This document shows positions 1 through 55,963 of a stretch of 64,000 bases of DNA, one piece after another. The notes under the pieces were generated by a model that saw only the letters and a program-made list of their open reading frames with translations, searched no databases and was not told where the DNA came from. The position numbers were made by a program, and so were the translations under genes. Source of the stretch: Amoebidium appalachense (Eukaryota; Protista; Ichthyosporea); NCBI GenBank assembly GCA_963693365.1, contig CAVNZM010000001.1, forward strand, positions 5,534,907 through 5,598,906, in the 5' to 3' direction. The number at the start of each line of letters is the position of its first letter. The first letter of the stretch is position 1.

Positions 1-992
<992 letters not shown>

Positions 993-2780
993 GTTGATGA
1001 TTATGGGCCTAGTTTGGAGGTAGTTTGTTGTGTTTAAGAAATTGTTATGCAATAAAAGGCGCTGTATTTGTGCTAAAGATTGCTTTCCCTTCTTCGTCCT
1101 CCTTTTTGTTTGTGTATAACACCGAGCTCTCGTGAAAATGGAGAGGCGGGTTATTAAGGGTTTAGGTGCAGGCAGAGCAGTACAGGTAGTGAACTGAATG
1201 CGTCTTCTGTTGTGTAAATACAACAAACCCTAATCCTTCCCTCTGCTTCTCCCAGACAATGGAACACCGCTAAGGCCTACAGCCATGAAGCTCTGCTAGT
1301 TGTAGTGGGCTCGGTGGATATGTACTTCGGGCCGGCCGCGCATAGCATGTGTGACTCGATCTGCCGGAAAGCAAAACAAAGGCGCAATAAATGCAGGGTA
1401 GGAAACATTTGATGAATGTATCATTTTTGCGGTTTCATAAAGGCGTAAACCAATGGGAATGGCTGCTATTACTATTGCACTATTTCGACGTAGGCGTGCA
1501 ATAAACGGTAAATACAAAACTTCAAGATACAACTTACAAGCCCCATAGCACGACGCTGATTGGCTGTGAGATTCATTTTGGCGCGAGAAATTATTTGTTG
1601 TGTTTGCCCTTTCGGGAAGCTTCTCAGGCTTAGACTCAGGCTTCGAAGCTGGCGCCAACCGAGCCTTAGAGCTAGGCTAATTACTTTCGTGCCCGTCAAT
1701 CCACTTGTGTTTCCAGTAAAGTATCCACCACACACGTGTACACTACATCTAAAAACAAAATAGCACCGGTTCTCTCAATCTCTCTCGCGCGCGCTCCCTC
1801 TCTCTCTCACTCACTCCCCCCCCCCTCCCCCCCCCCCCCCCCCCCCCCCCCTCCTTTCCCCCCCCCCCCCTTCTCCCTCACTCACTCACTCGCTCCCATC
1901 CCACCTCCCCATTCCCCTTTTCTTCCACCTTTCCCTCCCCCTCCCCCTCCCCCACATCTTCCACTCCCCTTCCCCCTCTCCCTCCCCCTCCCCTTCCATT
2001 CCTCCTCCCCCCCCCCCCCCCCTCCCCCGCCTTCCCCCCCCTCCCCCCCCCCTCCCCCCCTCCCCCCCTCCCCACCATCCCCCCCCCTTCCCCTCCCTCT
2101 CACACAGTTTTTCAGCTCTCTGGAACGATTTCTATTATAGCTACGTTAAAGCACTCAGTGCAAGTATTCCCACCAGTCATACTACACACATACATCGGCA
2201 CACACATACTTATCCGACGAAAAAGACAAGCATAACTTACCTCGAGGTGATCATCATGGCAATTTCACGCACGTACAAATACATCAATAGGAGGTTCCGG
2301 GTAATAGAGTGTGTTCAGAATAAGGGGCAAAAGCATAAGTGCCTCAGGCAATCATATTCGAAATATACCACTCAAAAACCAGGTGGCAAAATTGTCTAGC
2401 GCCCATATGCAAGTACAGTGGGAAAATAGAGAATTTTGTATTGAAGACAGCAAGCAGTTATCAATCCCTTTGGCTACAAGTTGATCTCCTACCATCCCTT
2501 CTACGTCCTTGTTACTTCTTCAGCTCACCTCCGAGATGGCCCCGAAGTCATCTTTTAAAGATCTATAGGGTTAGCACAAGTCGATATCCCAATAAATCAT
2601 AACAGCTGGATGGTTTGAGGTCCCAACACGTCACGGAGCACATGCATTTGGGGGCACTTATTTCCCAAATATGATTCCTTTGGGCACGAACGTCGTGGCA
2701 CACATAATGCACATTTGATATTGATTTATATTGCTCCCCCTAGGTTGATGTGCGCTTGCCGGGGGAAAGGGGGCGGAGGA

Positions 2781-2819
<39 letters not shown>

Positions 2820-3643
2820 TAAGTCTGCGGCTATTTGGCATTAACTTGGTTAATTGTGGTCACGTGCCGGCACCAGGCCAATTTACCATCCACCCATCAA
2901 GGTATACATATAGTCTAAGATGATTGTAGACATAACTTGAGTAGATATATTTCTGTTTTTTTGATACCTCTAACTTGATAAGTCTCGGTAGCGCCGCGTG
3001 TAGCGAGCTTTTTTGTTTAACCGTTTTTCGGATATCCATGTTGCACGTGATACTTATATATCTTCAACAAAGATCTAGATCTAGATCTCCTTCCATAAAA
3101 AAAAAGTACGAATATTGCTGGCAGTACTTCAGGCTAGCTTTTAAAATGCTACACCCACTACATTCTATGTAGCTAAATATAGTAGCAACATACTAAAATA
3201 GAATTTCATCAAAGTGCTAAAAGGACACATTAAAGGTGCTTATACCAATACAGCTGTTCCTGGAGAGTGCGCACACACTTAGCAGAGCAGATAACACTTC
3301 ATATAAATTTGTTGATAAGTGCGTGGGACTACTTTTGGCCGAAAAACACTGTTCATTCGCATCTACCCAACTATTATCACATACGCATATTTTGGGCCCC
3401 CACACCCTACCCCCCGTAGCCACAAAAAAAAACAGGCAACGGTGCATCATGCAATCAAACACTTATCTAAAAAAAAATGCTTTCCGCAACAGACTTCATA
3501 CCTCCATTCTGCTGTCCTTTCGTACATTTATATATCACATCGGCCAACAGCACATACATACTACCGGTGTACGAGTCACTACGATTTCATCCCCCTTTCA
3601 TTGGACGGTATCCACCCACGACCATACATGAAATTTCAGGGGT

Positions 3644-22584
<18,941 letters not shown>

Positions 22585-22831
22585 GTCCTAATAAAGACAC
22601 GGTCAGAACGACGCACAAAGATTGTGCCTTTCTCGGCATGGTAGCATCATAGACACCAATTTTGCCCTTCCAAAACCAAACCCAACCCCTTCAATAATCT
22701 ATCCTTCAATTTTCCTGGTAATTATGCCCCTCCACCACCACCACCACCACAATCACCACCACCATCACCTCTCCCCCCCCCCCCCCCCCCCCCCCCAATC
22801 CCCCCGGGTCCCCACCACCGCCACCATCACC

Positions 22832-22881
<50 letters not shown>

Positions 22882-22889
22882 CCCCTCCC

Positions 22890-22929
<40 letters not shown>

Positions 22930-23489
22930 CCCTGCCGGTCAGCCTCCGCTTTCCCTTTACTGAGGTAAATGCTTTTATGTCCTTGTGGCCAATGGAATTC
23001 AATTTTTCCCCTGGGCCAACCAACTTCCTTGTTTGCTGTTTCAGATTGGCTGCCCCCCCCTCCCCCCCCCCCCCCCCCCCCCCCAACCCCCCCCCTACCC
23101 CCTCCGTCCCCCCGCTATTCACCCCGCATCCTCTTGCTACACTACACTATACCACGAAAACCGCCCCATACAGATGTGCGTTGAATCAGGTCAGTCAGTA
23201 AGAGTCAACTGCACTAACTATGAAAGACAATCTGACAGGAACAATCCCAGATGTTAAACGATAGAACAGTTACGATTATACCAAATTGGCAAAAATGTGC
23301 TTTAATAATCTTGCACATACCCCACCCAGGCGCTGTTGTCTTTTTGGGGGTGGTGAGCCGACCGGTGGTACCCCAGCCATGCGCACACCAGGGAAACGCC
23401 GGCCTAGAGGTGATGCATCACCATCAGCGTCAAAAAACTCTTCATCGACCATTCTGTGTGGTTGGTCGGTAAGTTAGGCCAAGTAGAGT

Positions 23490-25780
23490 CTAGACATTGT
23501 GGCAGACAAACGTGTTAAAAATGCCCGTGCATGCGTTAGGTTTTTGGGGATCATTGAGAGCCTCGAGGTAGTGAGTTGAGGTGCTGCGTTTCATTATATC
23601 TTCCATGGTTTGCTGGGTTGTGACATAGCTGTTGTGTGGTGAGCTTGAACGTGTATTATGCACGTGTTGGCTACGTGTGTCACGGTGTCGGTGTGCCAGT
23701 GTGCCAGTATGCCAGTGTGCCAGTGTGCGTGTGTGCGAGCATGAAAGGGTGGCGCGTGTGTGCACATGTGTGTGTGTGTGTGTGTGTGTGTACGTGCACG
23801 TGTGTGTGCGCATGTGCGTGTATGTGTGCAAGTATGTGTGCGTGTGTGTGTTGGGGGTGTAGAGGTATAATGCCGGTGTGTTTGCGCCTGTGCACATGCT
23901 ATGGACAAGTGTGTTGTTCTCCTGTGTGTATGTGTAAGTGAAATGACGTGTTCAAGAGCCTGCGTCGTTTACGTTTGCCACCAATTACTCAATTTACTGT
24001 CTAGATCGCTACAAATGTGCGAAATTATTTGTGTGCAACCACTGGGTGTGTGTGCACTTAGCATGCACACAGGCTTTAATGATTACACCATCGGCACCAT
24101 CGACTAACATAGGAAACGAGTAGATATATATAAATATATAAAGCAAGGGTTGTTGCAATACCTTCTCATAATGATAAACCAAGAATTGGATACCTACGAA
24201 AGTAGTCCCCAATAACAATGCTAGTGAATAAACGATGCTTACTCGTTACTTTTAATCGGGCGAAGAGCTGTTCTTACTAGACATTAGAACACAGAAAATA
24301 AGTTTCATCTCCAAGAAAAGTCTACATTTTGACAGTGTGACCATGGTGCCCTTTCGAACTCTTGCATCTGTCACTCGCTGGAGAAGAATAAGGGAATTGA
24401 GAGCCAACGAATACAGAAGATCACCTACCCTGGTCCCGGGCTGCCTGCCATAACAGACGTCACCGTTGCCTAGCTGAGTCCCTGTTTCACACCCTTTGCC
24501 CTAAACAGCTAGGATCAATCACTCTTCTTTAGAATGTTTCTTTTGAACAATACCGTTCCCTTGATTGAAAAAGGATCTATTATTTCGTTACCAATAGCTG
24601 ACATCGAATGCACCTTGTGTTGCGTCCCGTAAACCACGACAACGTGAAGGACGCAAGGGGTAAAGCTTTGTCGCTTCACTCAAAGACTAATAATAGCCAA
24701 AGTCCTCACGTAGAATATCTTCTGTAGCACTTCGAATCAACGAGAATCTTTTGTTCCTTGTCAAAACTCGTAGTAGCACGTCTGGTGGCACGCACCGTTG
24801 AACAGCTGCAACTTGTTGTTCGTGTACACAGTCACGTTTTTTTGGGATTATTTGGTGCGCATTCAGCAAATCAGGTAACATATTGATAAGCTCAACCAAT
24901 CAACAGCGAGCGCGAAAGTTGCGTCGAAAATCTTTTTACGCAAAAATCTTGGATATTCTGAGTCGGCCGTCTGCTGGCGCATTTGTTGAGAAAGAGAAAA
25001 CACAGCTACTAAGCTGGTGCATCATGACCATTAGATTGATGGCGGGAGAACGGCCACCTTGAACATAGACGTATTCGGGGCCCATGTTGGCGGGCACGGC
25101 AGGCACATCGTGACATGTCCTGCATTGGTGCCCCCTGCCAAGCTGGTCGTCTGTTTCAGGTGCACCGGACACTGGTGAAGTTGGTAATAGGAATCGTCGG
25201 GATCTGTACTGGTTAAAAAAAACGTGTCACTTCCCTTGTGTGTAATATAAATTTCTTGCGTGGTTACACAACTATGCCCAGCTGCTCGTGGTAATGTTAG
25301 ACTAGACCCCACCAGGGAGGTGTATTCATTTGTGGAAGAAGTACCACCTGCACTGATATCAGTGCAAAAAGCCTCATTCAAGTTCCTCCATGTTCATGAG
25401 GAGAGAATACCCAAAAGCATAAACATAAACATTCTGCGAAAAATTCAGTTACATGTTTACCAACAAATAATAATTAGACTGCCCGGTGCCTATTTATAAA
25501 TGAGATCTGTGCAGCTGAAGCTGATGAACACACGTTCGCACACACACACACTGTACAAACACACATACGCACAAACATACACACACCGTGATACGCACCA
25601 TGCGAACGCATGTTCGCAAATAAACATTTCTCAACACGAGCACACACACAAATTCCAGTTTATTAGAGATGCATTTTTTGTCTGGTACCAACTTCTCCTC
25701 CTCTTTACACGTACCTAGAAAGACCCATCAGGAAAGGGTTAGCATGTACGACTTAGTGATGCAAAGTGTTGTAAATCCAT
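23490..25780 (-). pseudogene. Degenerate spliced ORF region (pseudogene or decayed transposon gene), family not recognised
   Basis: Overlapping non-repetitive minus-strand ORF fragments 25031-25381, 24936-25172 and 24687-24899 are broken by frameshifts and stops. Candidate GT-AG junctions near 24430 and 24595, and a possible last exon at 23490-23628. Confidence 0.35.
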
Positions 25781-26234
25781 CCACGTTTTTATCTTACTGG
25801 TATTTACATTAATTTAGAGGTGTCAGGAAAGGACTGATAAAAGAGATTTTGAAACGGCGGGTGGGGGAATCAGCAGTGCAAAAGGTTGCTGGTACATTAA
25901 CACGCACCCAGAGGCATAAATGTGAACAACGACCGCTGGTACTCTGTTTTGGGCGGGGTGAGACTTAGGTGCGTCCCTAGGGAGAGGGGGGAGGGGGAGG
26001 GTTGCAAAGGCTTTCGAACCACAGAAGGCGTCGCTATTGTGTTAGCTCACTCATTACATGGGATCCTGATGCACGGCATACAGCCCAACAAACACGAATA
26101 GTGTGATGCTGGAAGAACTGGTCTCACCCATGAAAATTGCCCTATACTTTTGAAGTGAGAGCTTATGTGTTTTCTTGGTGTGTGGCTAAAGCCTATACTT
26201 ATCAAGCAGAACATACAGAAATGACAGAAATCAT

Positions 26235-26912
26235 TTAGGCGAGAGCCTGTGCCACTGTAGCGTCATTAACCTCAAGGAGACTTTCGAGCACCACATCAGC
26301 TATCTGAAACTTAGGGGAGGGTGGCAGAAACTCGGGCACGGCAAAACATCTCATCCGCGCAGCCTTTGCAGCAATCACCCCGTTTACCGAGTCTTCCAGT
26401 GCAATGCAGTGTGTTGGGTCGACGCCTAACTTATCGGCACACAGCAGGTATACCTCTGGATGGGGCTTTCCGTAGCGAAGATTCTGTGCTGAGCATGTCA
26501 CCTCGAACGTTCCCTTGAGCTCCAAAACACCCAGTGCAGCGTCAAGTAAAACCGTAGCACTGCTTGTGGCAAGGCCCAGCCTGTATCCTTTCCCCCTAAA
26601 AAACTCGATGGACTCGTACAGCCCAGGTTTGGCCATACTCTTTCCGCGCTCACGGAACTGTCTGACCATGTGGTCCAAGATCCGCTCAACCATTTGTGCC
26701 TGTGTCAGCGTTTTTGCCTCGTCCCACGGGCACTTCTTGAACCAATGTTCCACTACTGCATCTATGCGCAGGCCTGTGGTCTGTATGCAGTCTTCCGTTG
26801 TAAGATGCAGACCCACTTCGGCAAAGGCCGCCTTTTCAGCAACATGCCACAGTGGCTCACTGTCTATCATGAGGCCATCCATATCGTAAACGACAGCTTC
26901 TAAGTGCACCAT
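26235..26912 (-). CDS. HAD-superfamily sugar/hexitol phosphatase, YniC/HxpB-like (2-deoxyglucose-6-phosphate phosphatase type), intronless, 225 aa
   Basis: Motif I YDMDGLMIDSEPLW, motif II LATSS, motif III GKPHPEVYL, motif IV LEDSVNGVIAAKAARM. The cap segment TTGLRIDAVVEHWFKKCPW resembles bacterial YniC. Confidence 0.92.
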   Translation of the reverse strand: MVHLEAVVYDMDGLMIDSEPLWHVAEKAAFAEVGLHLTTEDCIQTTGLRIDAVVEHWFKKCPWDEAKTLTQAQMVERILDHMVRQFRERGKSMAKPGLYESIEFFRGKGYRLGLATSSATVLLDAALGVLELKGTFEVTCSAQNLRYGKPHPEVYLLCADKLGVDPTHCIALEDSVNGVIAAKAARMRCFAVPEFLPPSPKFQIADVVLESLLEVNDATVAQALA

Positions 26913-27089
26913 TTTCGCTCGGTTTATAACTTACAGGTGTTTGACTTAATTCTAAATAGTGTGGGACCGCAGGATAGTATACTTTGACTTGGCGTTTCCG
27001 AGCACGTAGCTGAGGCTCACAAAACCTCGTACATACCGGCCGGCTTCGTTGCGAGGGAAGTCACTTGCTTGCACTTACGCAAGAGTGTG

Positions 27090-27145
27090 TCAATGATTGG
27101 CTTAGAGAGCATCAGTGCGCTGAATTTTCGTCAGTGATTGGCTTA
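27090..27145. promoter_or_regulatory. Two CCAAT boxes upstream of the HAD gene
   Basis: TGATTGGCTTAG occurs twice (ATTGG at 27096 and 27137), about 185-225 bp upstream of the ATG at 26912. Confidence 0.5.
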
Positions 27146-27583
27146 GCGAGTATCAAAATGGAGACCTTTCTTCTTGGTATGAAAATCACCAACTTTTTAT
27201 TATTACCCCGCCCAGTGCCACCGCACCCTTCGCCATGGCCATCCATACATGCCATGAAGAGTTTATTCATACAGCCATGATCACTGATCATGAACGTGAA
27301 ACGTGGCCATAAGGAACTCAAGTCAAGGGAATTGATTCCAGTAACACCTATCTATTGAAACGAAAAATACCGGTGAGGCCCATCAAAATCCCTGGTCAAA
27401 ATGTATGGATACAAAAAGGTCTGGCCCTAACACAATCACAGTTCTGATTATTTGTACGTGCCAAAGTCATGATAGGTCTGTGCGCTTGCACACAGTGCCA
27501 CCACGTTCTGCCAGAAACATCACATCCAACCTCCCCCCTCTCCCCCCCTCCCCCCCCCTCCCCTTCCTACTTCGTAAACTCCC

Positions 27584-27623
<40 letters not shown>

Positions 27624-27713
27624 ACACACACACACACACACACAATCCCCTAAATTAATCAAATTGGACAAAAAAAAGCAAATTGAATAAAAAAAAAAAA
27701 GAGAAAGAGAAAC

Positions 27714-41615
<13,902 letters not shown>

Positions 41616-41769
41616 TTTTTCGTTTTTCTGCAGTGCTTTTTGAACAATTGGCCAAAAGGGTGCAAGTCACAGCTAAAGCAGTGTCGCCTTCAAGTTCTCG
41701 AAAAGAAAGTATCAAGTGATTGTACACGTGTGTTTTTATAGCCGTTTCAAATTGCTGGGTGAGGGATAG

Positions 41770-41828
41770 ACCAATCAAATACGATTCTGACAAGCCAATC
41801 CTGGATGTTCCCCATTGGTTGTCCAATC
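41770..41828. promoter_or_regulatory. Cluster of four CCAAT/ATTGG boxes upstream of ZPR1
   Basis: CCAAT at 41771, 41795 and 41823 and ATTGG at 41814, about 155-210 bp upstream of the ZPR1 ATG. Confidence 0.55.
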
Positions 41829-43927
41829 ACAACGCGGTTCTGAAAATCCCGAATCTCCCGATTCCCGATTATATCGATCGATAATTCGATCGAATCTCTG
41901 TATTGTGCAGTGTTGTCAAGTCTAGTTTTAGCTGAAAGTTTGTAGTTTCCCTGATTACAATTTCGAAATCATTTGAACAAAAGATTGTAATCTATGCGAC
42001 ACGGCCGGCTTGTGTACTTGTGTGCCTTCAAAGTTCAAGTGTGGGCTTTCCTTGTATCGTGTGCGCTCACTGCTCCTGAAGCACAGCAGAAATTATAGGG
42101 ACCCAATTGCAATCTACCTTGCAGTGGGAATCGGCACGCTATCAACATTAGGGCAGCCACCTTTACATATGCAGACCTGCAAGGTTTACGTACAGTATAT
42201 ACCACCCACACGTCATCTTCCTAGGCAAACATCACCTCAGCAAAAGTTTGTTAAGAATTCATTGTATAACACACCTTGCAGGCCTCAAACCAGTTCAAAC
42301 TCTAGTTTGTTCTCCACTAGTACTCGATTTTTTTTGATTTTTTTTTTGGTGGCTTACCGTAACAGCAGGTGGGGAACCTTAAAGCTTTTTAGAAGCCGAG
42401 AGGCTAGGTAAGCATAAAGACAACAAAGGTGACAGCACCGTGTGGCACACACAAGCCTTTAGTGCTGCTGCTGAAGCGCATTCTGGGTTAGATGTTATTC
42501 ATAGCTATAGAATCGCTCTTTCTCGCTCCACACTCTTTCAGTCTCACCGTCCCACGGTCCCGTCCGTTCCAATACCCCCTCCTCTCCTGCTACGTTCATC
42601 CACCCCCTCATACCCTCCTCCGTTTCTTCCCTCTCCTCCATTCCTGGATAGTTCTCTCCCTCCCTCATCTCCGCCTCACTTTTTTTGCCTCCCTGGCCTC
42701 CCTCTGAATCCTCCTTCGATTAAAACTTCGGTGGGAGATCTAATTTCTCTCCCACCGGTACCCCACCCCACCCCACATTCTCCCCCCAACCTCCTCCGCC
42801 CACTAGCCCTTTGTCTCTACCAGCTCTCTCCAAGTTTATTTCATCTAGTTAAACTGCCACACTTGTTAGCTGACTTGTGCACGGATATGCGTGTCCGGTC
42901 AGAGAGATTCTCTTCGCGGCCGCGGATCCGGAATACTACGGGTTCGGTGTGGCACAGCTCTGTGTCGCTCACGCGACCAGAGTAGCCCTAAGAAGACCTA
43001 AACGCGGTTCGTAATATACAATTTATTGAGGTTGTCAGCTTACTTGTGCCCAACTAAGAGATCTCAGAAAATACACTTTAGTTTGATTTATTGTGGCCCT
43101 CGCTCTTCTGTCGACATCGGAACTGAGTTTTTGATGACACATTGGAACAGGTCAAGTTGTTGTTCACCTTTCCCTCGACCGGTGAAAGCAGCTCACATGA
43201 ACCAATCAATAAAACTGAAATGCTGCGCTCCTATCAGCCCGGCCGGCTTATTCATTTCAGCAAAGTCGACTAACTCTTTCTTAATTAAATAGCATAATTT
43301 CAACACATTTATTTTGATGAGAGAATGTAGTAAACTTTTTCATAGCGCAGAAAAGTAACTTGCTCTGTTAATATAGCATTCATATCCAGAAGTTGAACTG
43401 GTTTACATTGTCACACATCACTTCTGGCGGGGTTTAAAATCATTATGCATATTTGCTGGTCTGACTTTTGTGCAAATGATTGGTCGAAACCAACCATCCC
43501 GATTGGGCGGAACGGCCCTCTCAAATCACCCTACACTCACCGCAACGAATAATTCTCACTTCAACAAAAACCACAGGCCTATTTTGATCACTTATTTCGG
43601 GAATTTTTATAAATAAAAATGCATTTTTTTCCATTTTATCTACTTTTAGAGTTAAATTGTATACAAAATTAAAGGGATATTAGCTCAATAAAAAGCAAAA
43701 CAAGTGTCAACATGGTATTGACTTGACTTTTGGTGCGTATTGAAGGTCTTTGGTGTAGGGAGCCATACAGAATATACAAATTGGGTCGCCGGTGTCGTTG
43801 CCCTGTGTGACTGAGTATGTGAATAGTTTCTTTTGTTCCGAAACGAGACTCTCGGCAATCTTTCACAGTTGAATACAGCCTTCGCTATCATACCTCATTG
43901 CTTCTCGGCTGATTTGCAAAGATTAAA

Positions 43928-46217
<2,290 letters not shown>

Positions 46218-46775
46218 GGGGGGGGGGGGGGGGGGATTCTTGTTTTTCCTTTTTTTTTTAAAAAATGTTTTCTTTAATGCCGTGTTGTTGTTTTTTCCCT
46301 GGTTTTTTTTTTTTTTTTTTTGCCCCGCTTTTTCCTCAGGTTTTGAGTTCTGATTTTCGTTTGTACCGCCCTGCTCAGGCCCTTTGAATTATTAATTCCC
46401 AACACTCGGTGATTGGTGGTTAGATGCACAGCCTGGTGATTGGTGAATGGTGCTGATATCTCGAGTTGGTGCTAGGAAGCTGGTGTGCTTAGAGCTGTAC
46501 AAGGTGTATATATTTTGCGAATGTTGACGATATGGAGTAGTACAGACGCACAAGCACAACCGAGGCGGTTGATGGTGAATTTAGGAACAATAAAGGGTCG
46601 TCAATGTACGAGTACGAACAATCTCTCTGGGTCTCTCCAGAAATGTGTGTCTGCCGTACGGACGTTCCGTGCGATTGAATTCTACATATGAAATCTGGTA
46701 TGCAGGAGACTACTAAAAGATACATTTTGATAAATGCAATGCAGGGGGGGCACGGCGTCTGCAGGGGGGGGGGGG

Positions 46776-46903
46776 TTAAACGTTGAATGTGGTATACAAC
46801 TATCGGAAGTATGAAGCTTCATGCATGCAACTACACGGCCCAAGACACATGCAAAGGCAACATCAGCAACACGCACAGTAGGTAACAAAAGTAGAACCCA
46901 TCA
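46776..46903 (-). mobile_element. Old diverged copy related to retroposon family D
   Basis: After a G tract: TTGAATGTGG...GACACATGCAAAGGCAACATCAGC...AGAACCCATC. Confidence 0.55.
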
Positions 46904-47533
46904 GCTCTGGGTGTGTGTGTGAGGGGGGGGGGGGGGGGGGGGGGGGGGGGTCAATGGATCACGAGCTGAGGGGGCTCTTGCCAGGTGCTTGGGCAAATAT
47001 CTATCAATACATGTAGACGTGCATAGCCATGTGTTTTCGTGCACAAACAGATGGCATTGCATGCCCCGATGGCAGGCACTACACTGTGGTGCTAGTGCTT
47101 GAGCAGTACTTTCATTCATATAAGTTTCAATTGCTCTTATGCCTAAGATTACAGCCACTTCCTGCTCATTCTTCAATATGCTGTGTATATATGCATACCT
47201 CAACAAAGCACAGCCCGTGATAAAGCTCTGTGTCCATACATTATTATTCTACCCTATCCCCCCCCCCCCCCCCCCCTCCCCCCATCCCTCCCGCCCAGGT
47301 GGCCGCCCATGGCCATCCATCCACCCAGCCGAAACAACAACAACCACCCACCTATTCCACAAACACACCACCACCATCAACAACTGTCGGGAAAAGGAAA
47401 CGGTTCACAAAAAATATATCAAGATCACTCTAATTTTTTAACAGCACAATCCACTAGAACCCCTAATTTCAAGACCGACTCTGCATCGTGGCACACGTAA
47501 CTAAATTTTTTCCATTGCAAAGTTTACACAACA

Positions 47534-53692
<6,159 letters not shown>

Positions 53693-53994
53693 GGTCTATT
53701 TCGCACACACACTCGTCACACACTCCAGGATGTAAAGTAAGACGTATTGAAGGGACCTAAAAAAAAAAAAAACACGAACGCCTTCAACTATTAGGAGCTC
53801 GACGATATTTCGTCAAACGCACAGAGACCCGGGGCCCGGCTGGGCGCACCAGGACGCACCATGACGATGCACGTTTGGCCAATCAAGAGTAGTAATTTTG
53901 TTTGCGCAATCAGTGACATCACCATAGGAGGCTGGCAATGGTTTGATTCTCTCTCGACTCCTTGAAAAATAAGAGCCACCTCAAAAGGTAGCTG

Positions 53995-54047
53995 AGCACC
54001 ACCGGACACACCAAGAACAAATCCCCCCCCCTGCCCCCCTCCCCCCC

Positions 54048-54086
<39 letters not shown>

Positions 54087-54105
54087 ATATATGGATTTCG
54101 GCCCC

Positions 54106-54140
<35 letters not shown>

Positions 54141-54182
54141 GCAGCACGGGCAATAAACTGGGCCACCGCACACACGACGAAC

Positions 54183-54220
<38 letters not shown>

Positions 54221-54632
54221 GCCCCCTTCCTCCCTGGGCATGCATATACGCATCACCGCACATGCCACACGAACAAACCCCCCTCGACCTCCCCCCTCCT
54301 CCCCCCTTCTCCTCCCCCCCCCCCCCTGCCCCCCTCCCCCCAAAGGGGCACCACCGCACACACGAAGAACGAATCCCCCCCCTCCCCCCCCCCCCACCTT
54401 TCCCTGGGCACCACCGCACACACACGAAGAAACCTCCTCCCCCCATCTCCCCATGACACCACCGCCCACACACGAACGAAGTCACTCCACCCTCTCCCCC
54501 CCACCCTAACCCTCGGCACATGTGCCATGCACACACGAACAAATCCCCCTTCCCCCCCCCTCCCCTCCCCCCCCCCCCCCCCCCTGGCCCTCTCCATCAT
54601 GGGCTCCAAAGCACACGCCACAAACAAATCAC
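53995..54632. repeat. Array of about 8 degenerate 25-30 bp units separated by variable C-rich spacers
   Basis: Units like GGGCACCACCGCACACACGAAGAA(C) near 53995, 54160, 54252, 54346, 54406, 54457, 54515 and 54600. Confidence 0.6.
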
Positions 54633-55963
54633 TCCCCCCTCCCTCCTCCCCCCCCTCCTCCTCCCTCCCCCTCCCCCCGGCCCCCGGTTCCAAATTTCGC
54701 TCCATCTATGCCACATACCCAAGCGTGCTGTCCCCGGTCCCCCTCCATCTCTGTACGTTTGTACCAGCTGTCTGGTTCTTCAGGCTGCTCACACCGCGAA
54801 CGGCTTTTGAATCAACATCCTGACATTAAGCACGTTCTGAATCCTTGAAACACATGCCTTGTAATTGCGTCATGCAGGTCCTGGAAGTAGAGTATGTATA
54901 GATAGTGTTTAATGCTATTAGTAAAATGGTTTGGGCTCAAACTGACAGTGTCTCATTCATTAAAATCGATATTTCATGTGCCGGCCATGATGTGCATGAA
55001 GAGAACAACAACGGAATGGGCCGTGGCTCATCACTGTGTAAGGTCTAGCCTTGGCAAGCCTTGCCATCCCTATTCATGCATGCCAGCATCACCACATATC
55101 CCCCCCTCCCCCCCCCCCCCCCTTTTTCCGGTGCCCCACAAAAGCTTCCCACTGGCAGGGAGCCGAAAAACAGACCAGAAAAACAAAAAGTATAAGTTAA
55201 GAAAAGAAAAACTATGGGGGGGGGGGGGGGGGGGGGTGTTTCAATAAGAATAAGCTCAGAATACTGTAACAATACTTTAAAGAATGATACATATGAGTTC
55301 GTAAGCCTTTTTTTTTTTTTGGTGGGGGAGGGGGGGAGGGCAGTGGGGAGGGGGGGGGGGGGGGGGAGGAGGAAGGGAGGGGGGGGGGGGAGGGGAGGGG
55401 AAGGGGGGAGAGGGCGGGGGGGGAAGGGGGCGGTGGGGGGGGGGGGGGGGGGTGCTTTGAGCAGAAATTAGGCCCCGGCACATTGATAAACGTGAATCAG
55501 ATATGTTGACTTGTTGAATGTTTATTCCATGACAACAGAATTTTGGGCTGTAACTGGCAGCTGATTCTTTATCAATATCATTGGCTATGCTAGCCTGATA
55601 TGTACATGCCATCAAAACATTATACGGTAATCCCTAACCAGGTCTAGTTCAATCAGCGCAGAAACACTGCGTGAATGATTAGGGCCAAACCAATTCCTTG
55701 TCACGTACGTTTTTACTCACTTGCTCGGAACTGCTATGATACTTGCACCATGAACGGCCATTAATGTTCATGTGTAGGGCCATAATCACGTATCATTATT
55801 ACTTCATTAGTTTTTCGCAGCAAGGTGGATATACTGTAATTCATGTATTCGGTATTCACAATAACTATGATGGCTAATCACAATCGAACCGGAATCGCCA
55901 GCAATACTCTTCAGATAATTAGTCTATGTCCAATAGGTAGAGCTCAATTAGGTGCATATGGAC

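Noticed and set aside
1230-3600. Additional gene between the first gene and STRIP
   Set aside because: Only short ORFs and an isolated donor-like site near 2240; no coherent model.
42000-43400. Gene or ncRNA between ZPR1 and the transglutaminase-like gene
   Set aside because: No recognisable motifs or consistent splice structure.
53995-54632. CRISPR array
   Set aside because: The repeats are degenerate, the spacers are low-complexity C runs, there are no cas genes, and the context is eukaryotic.
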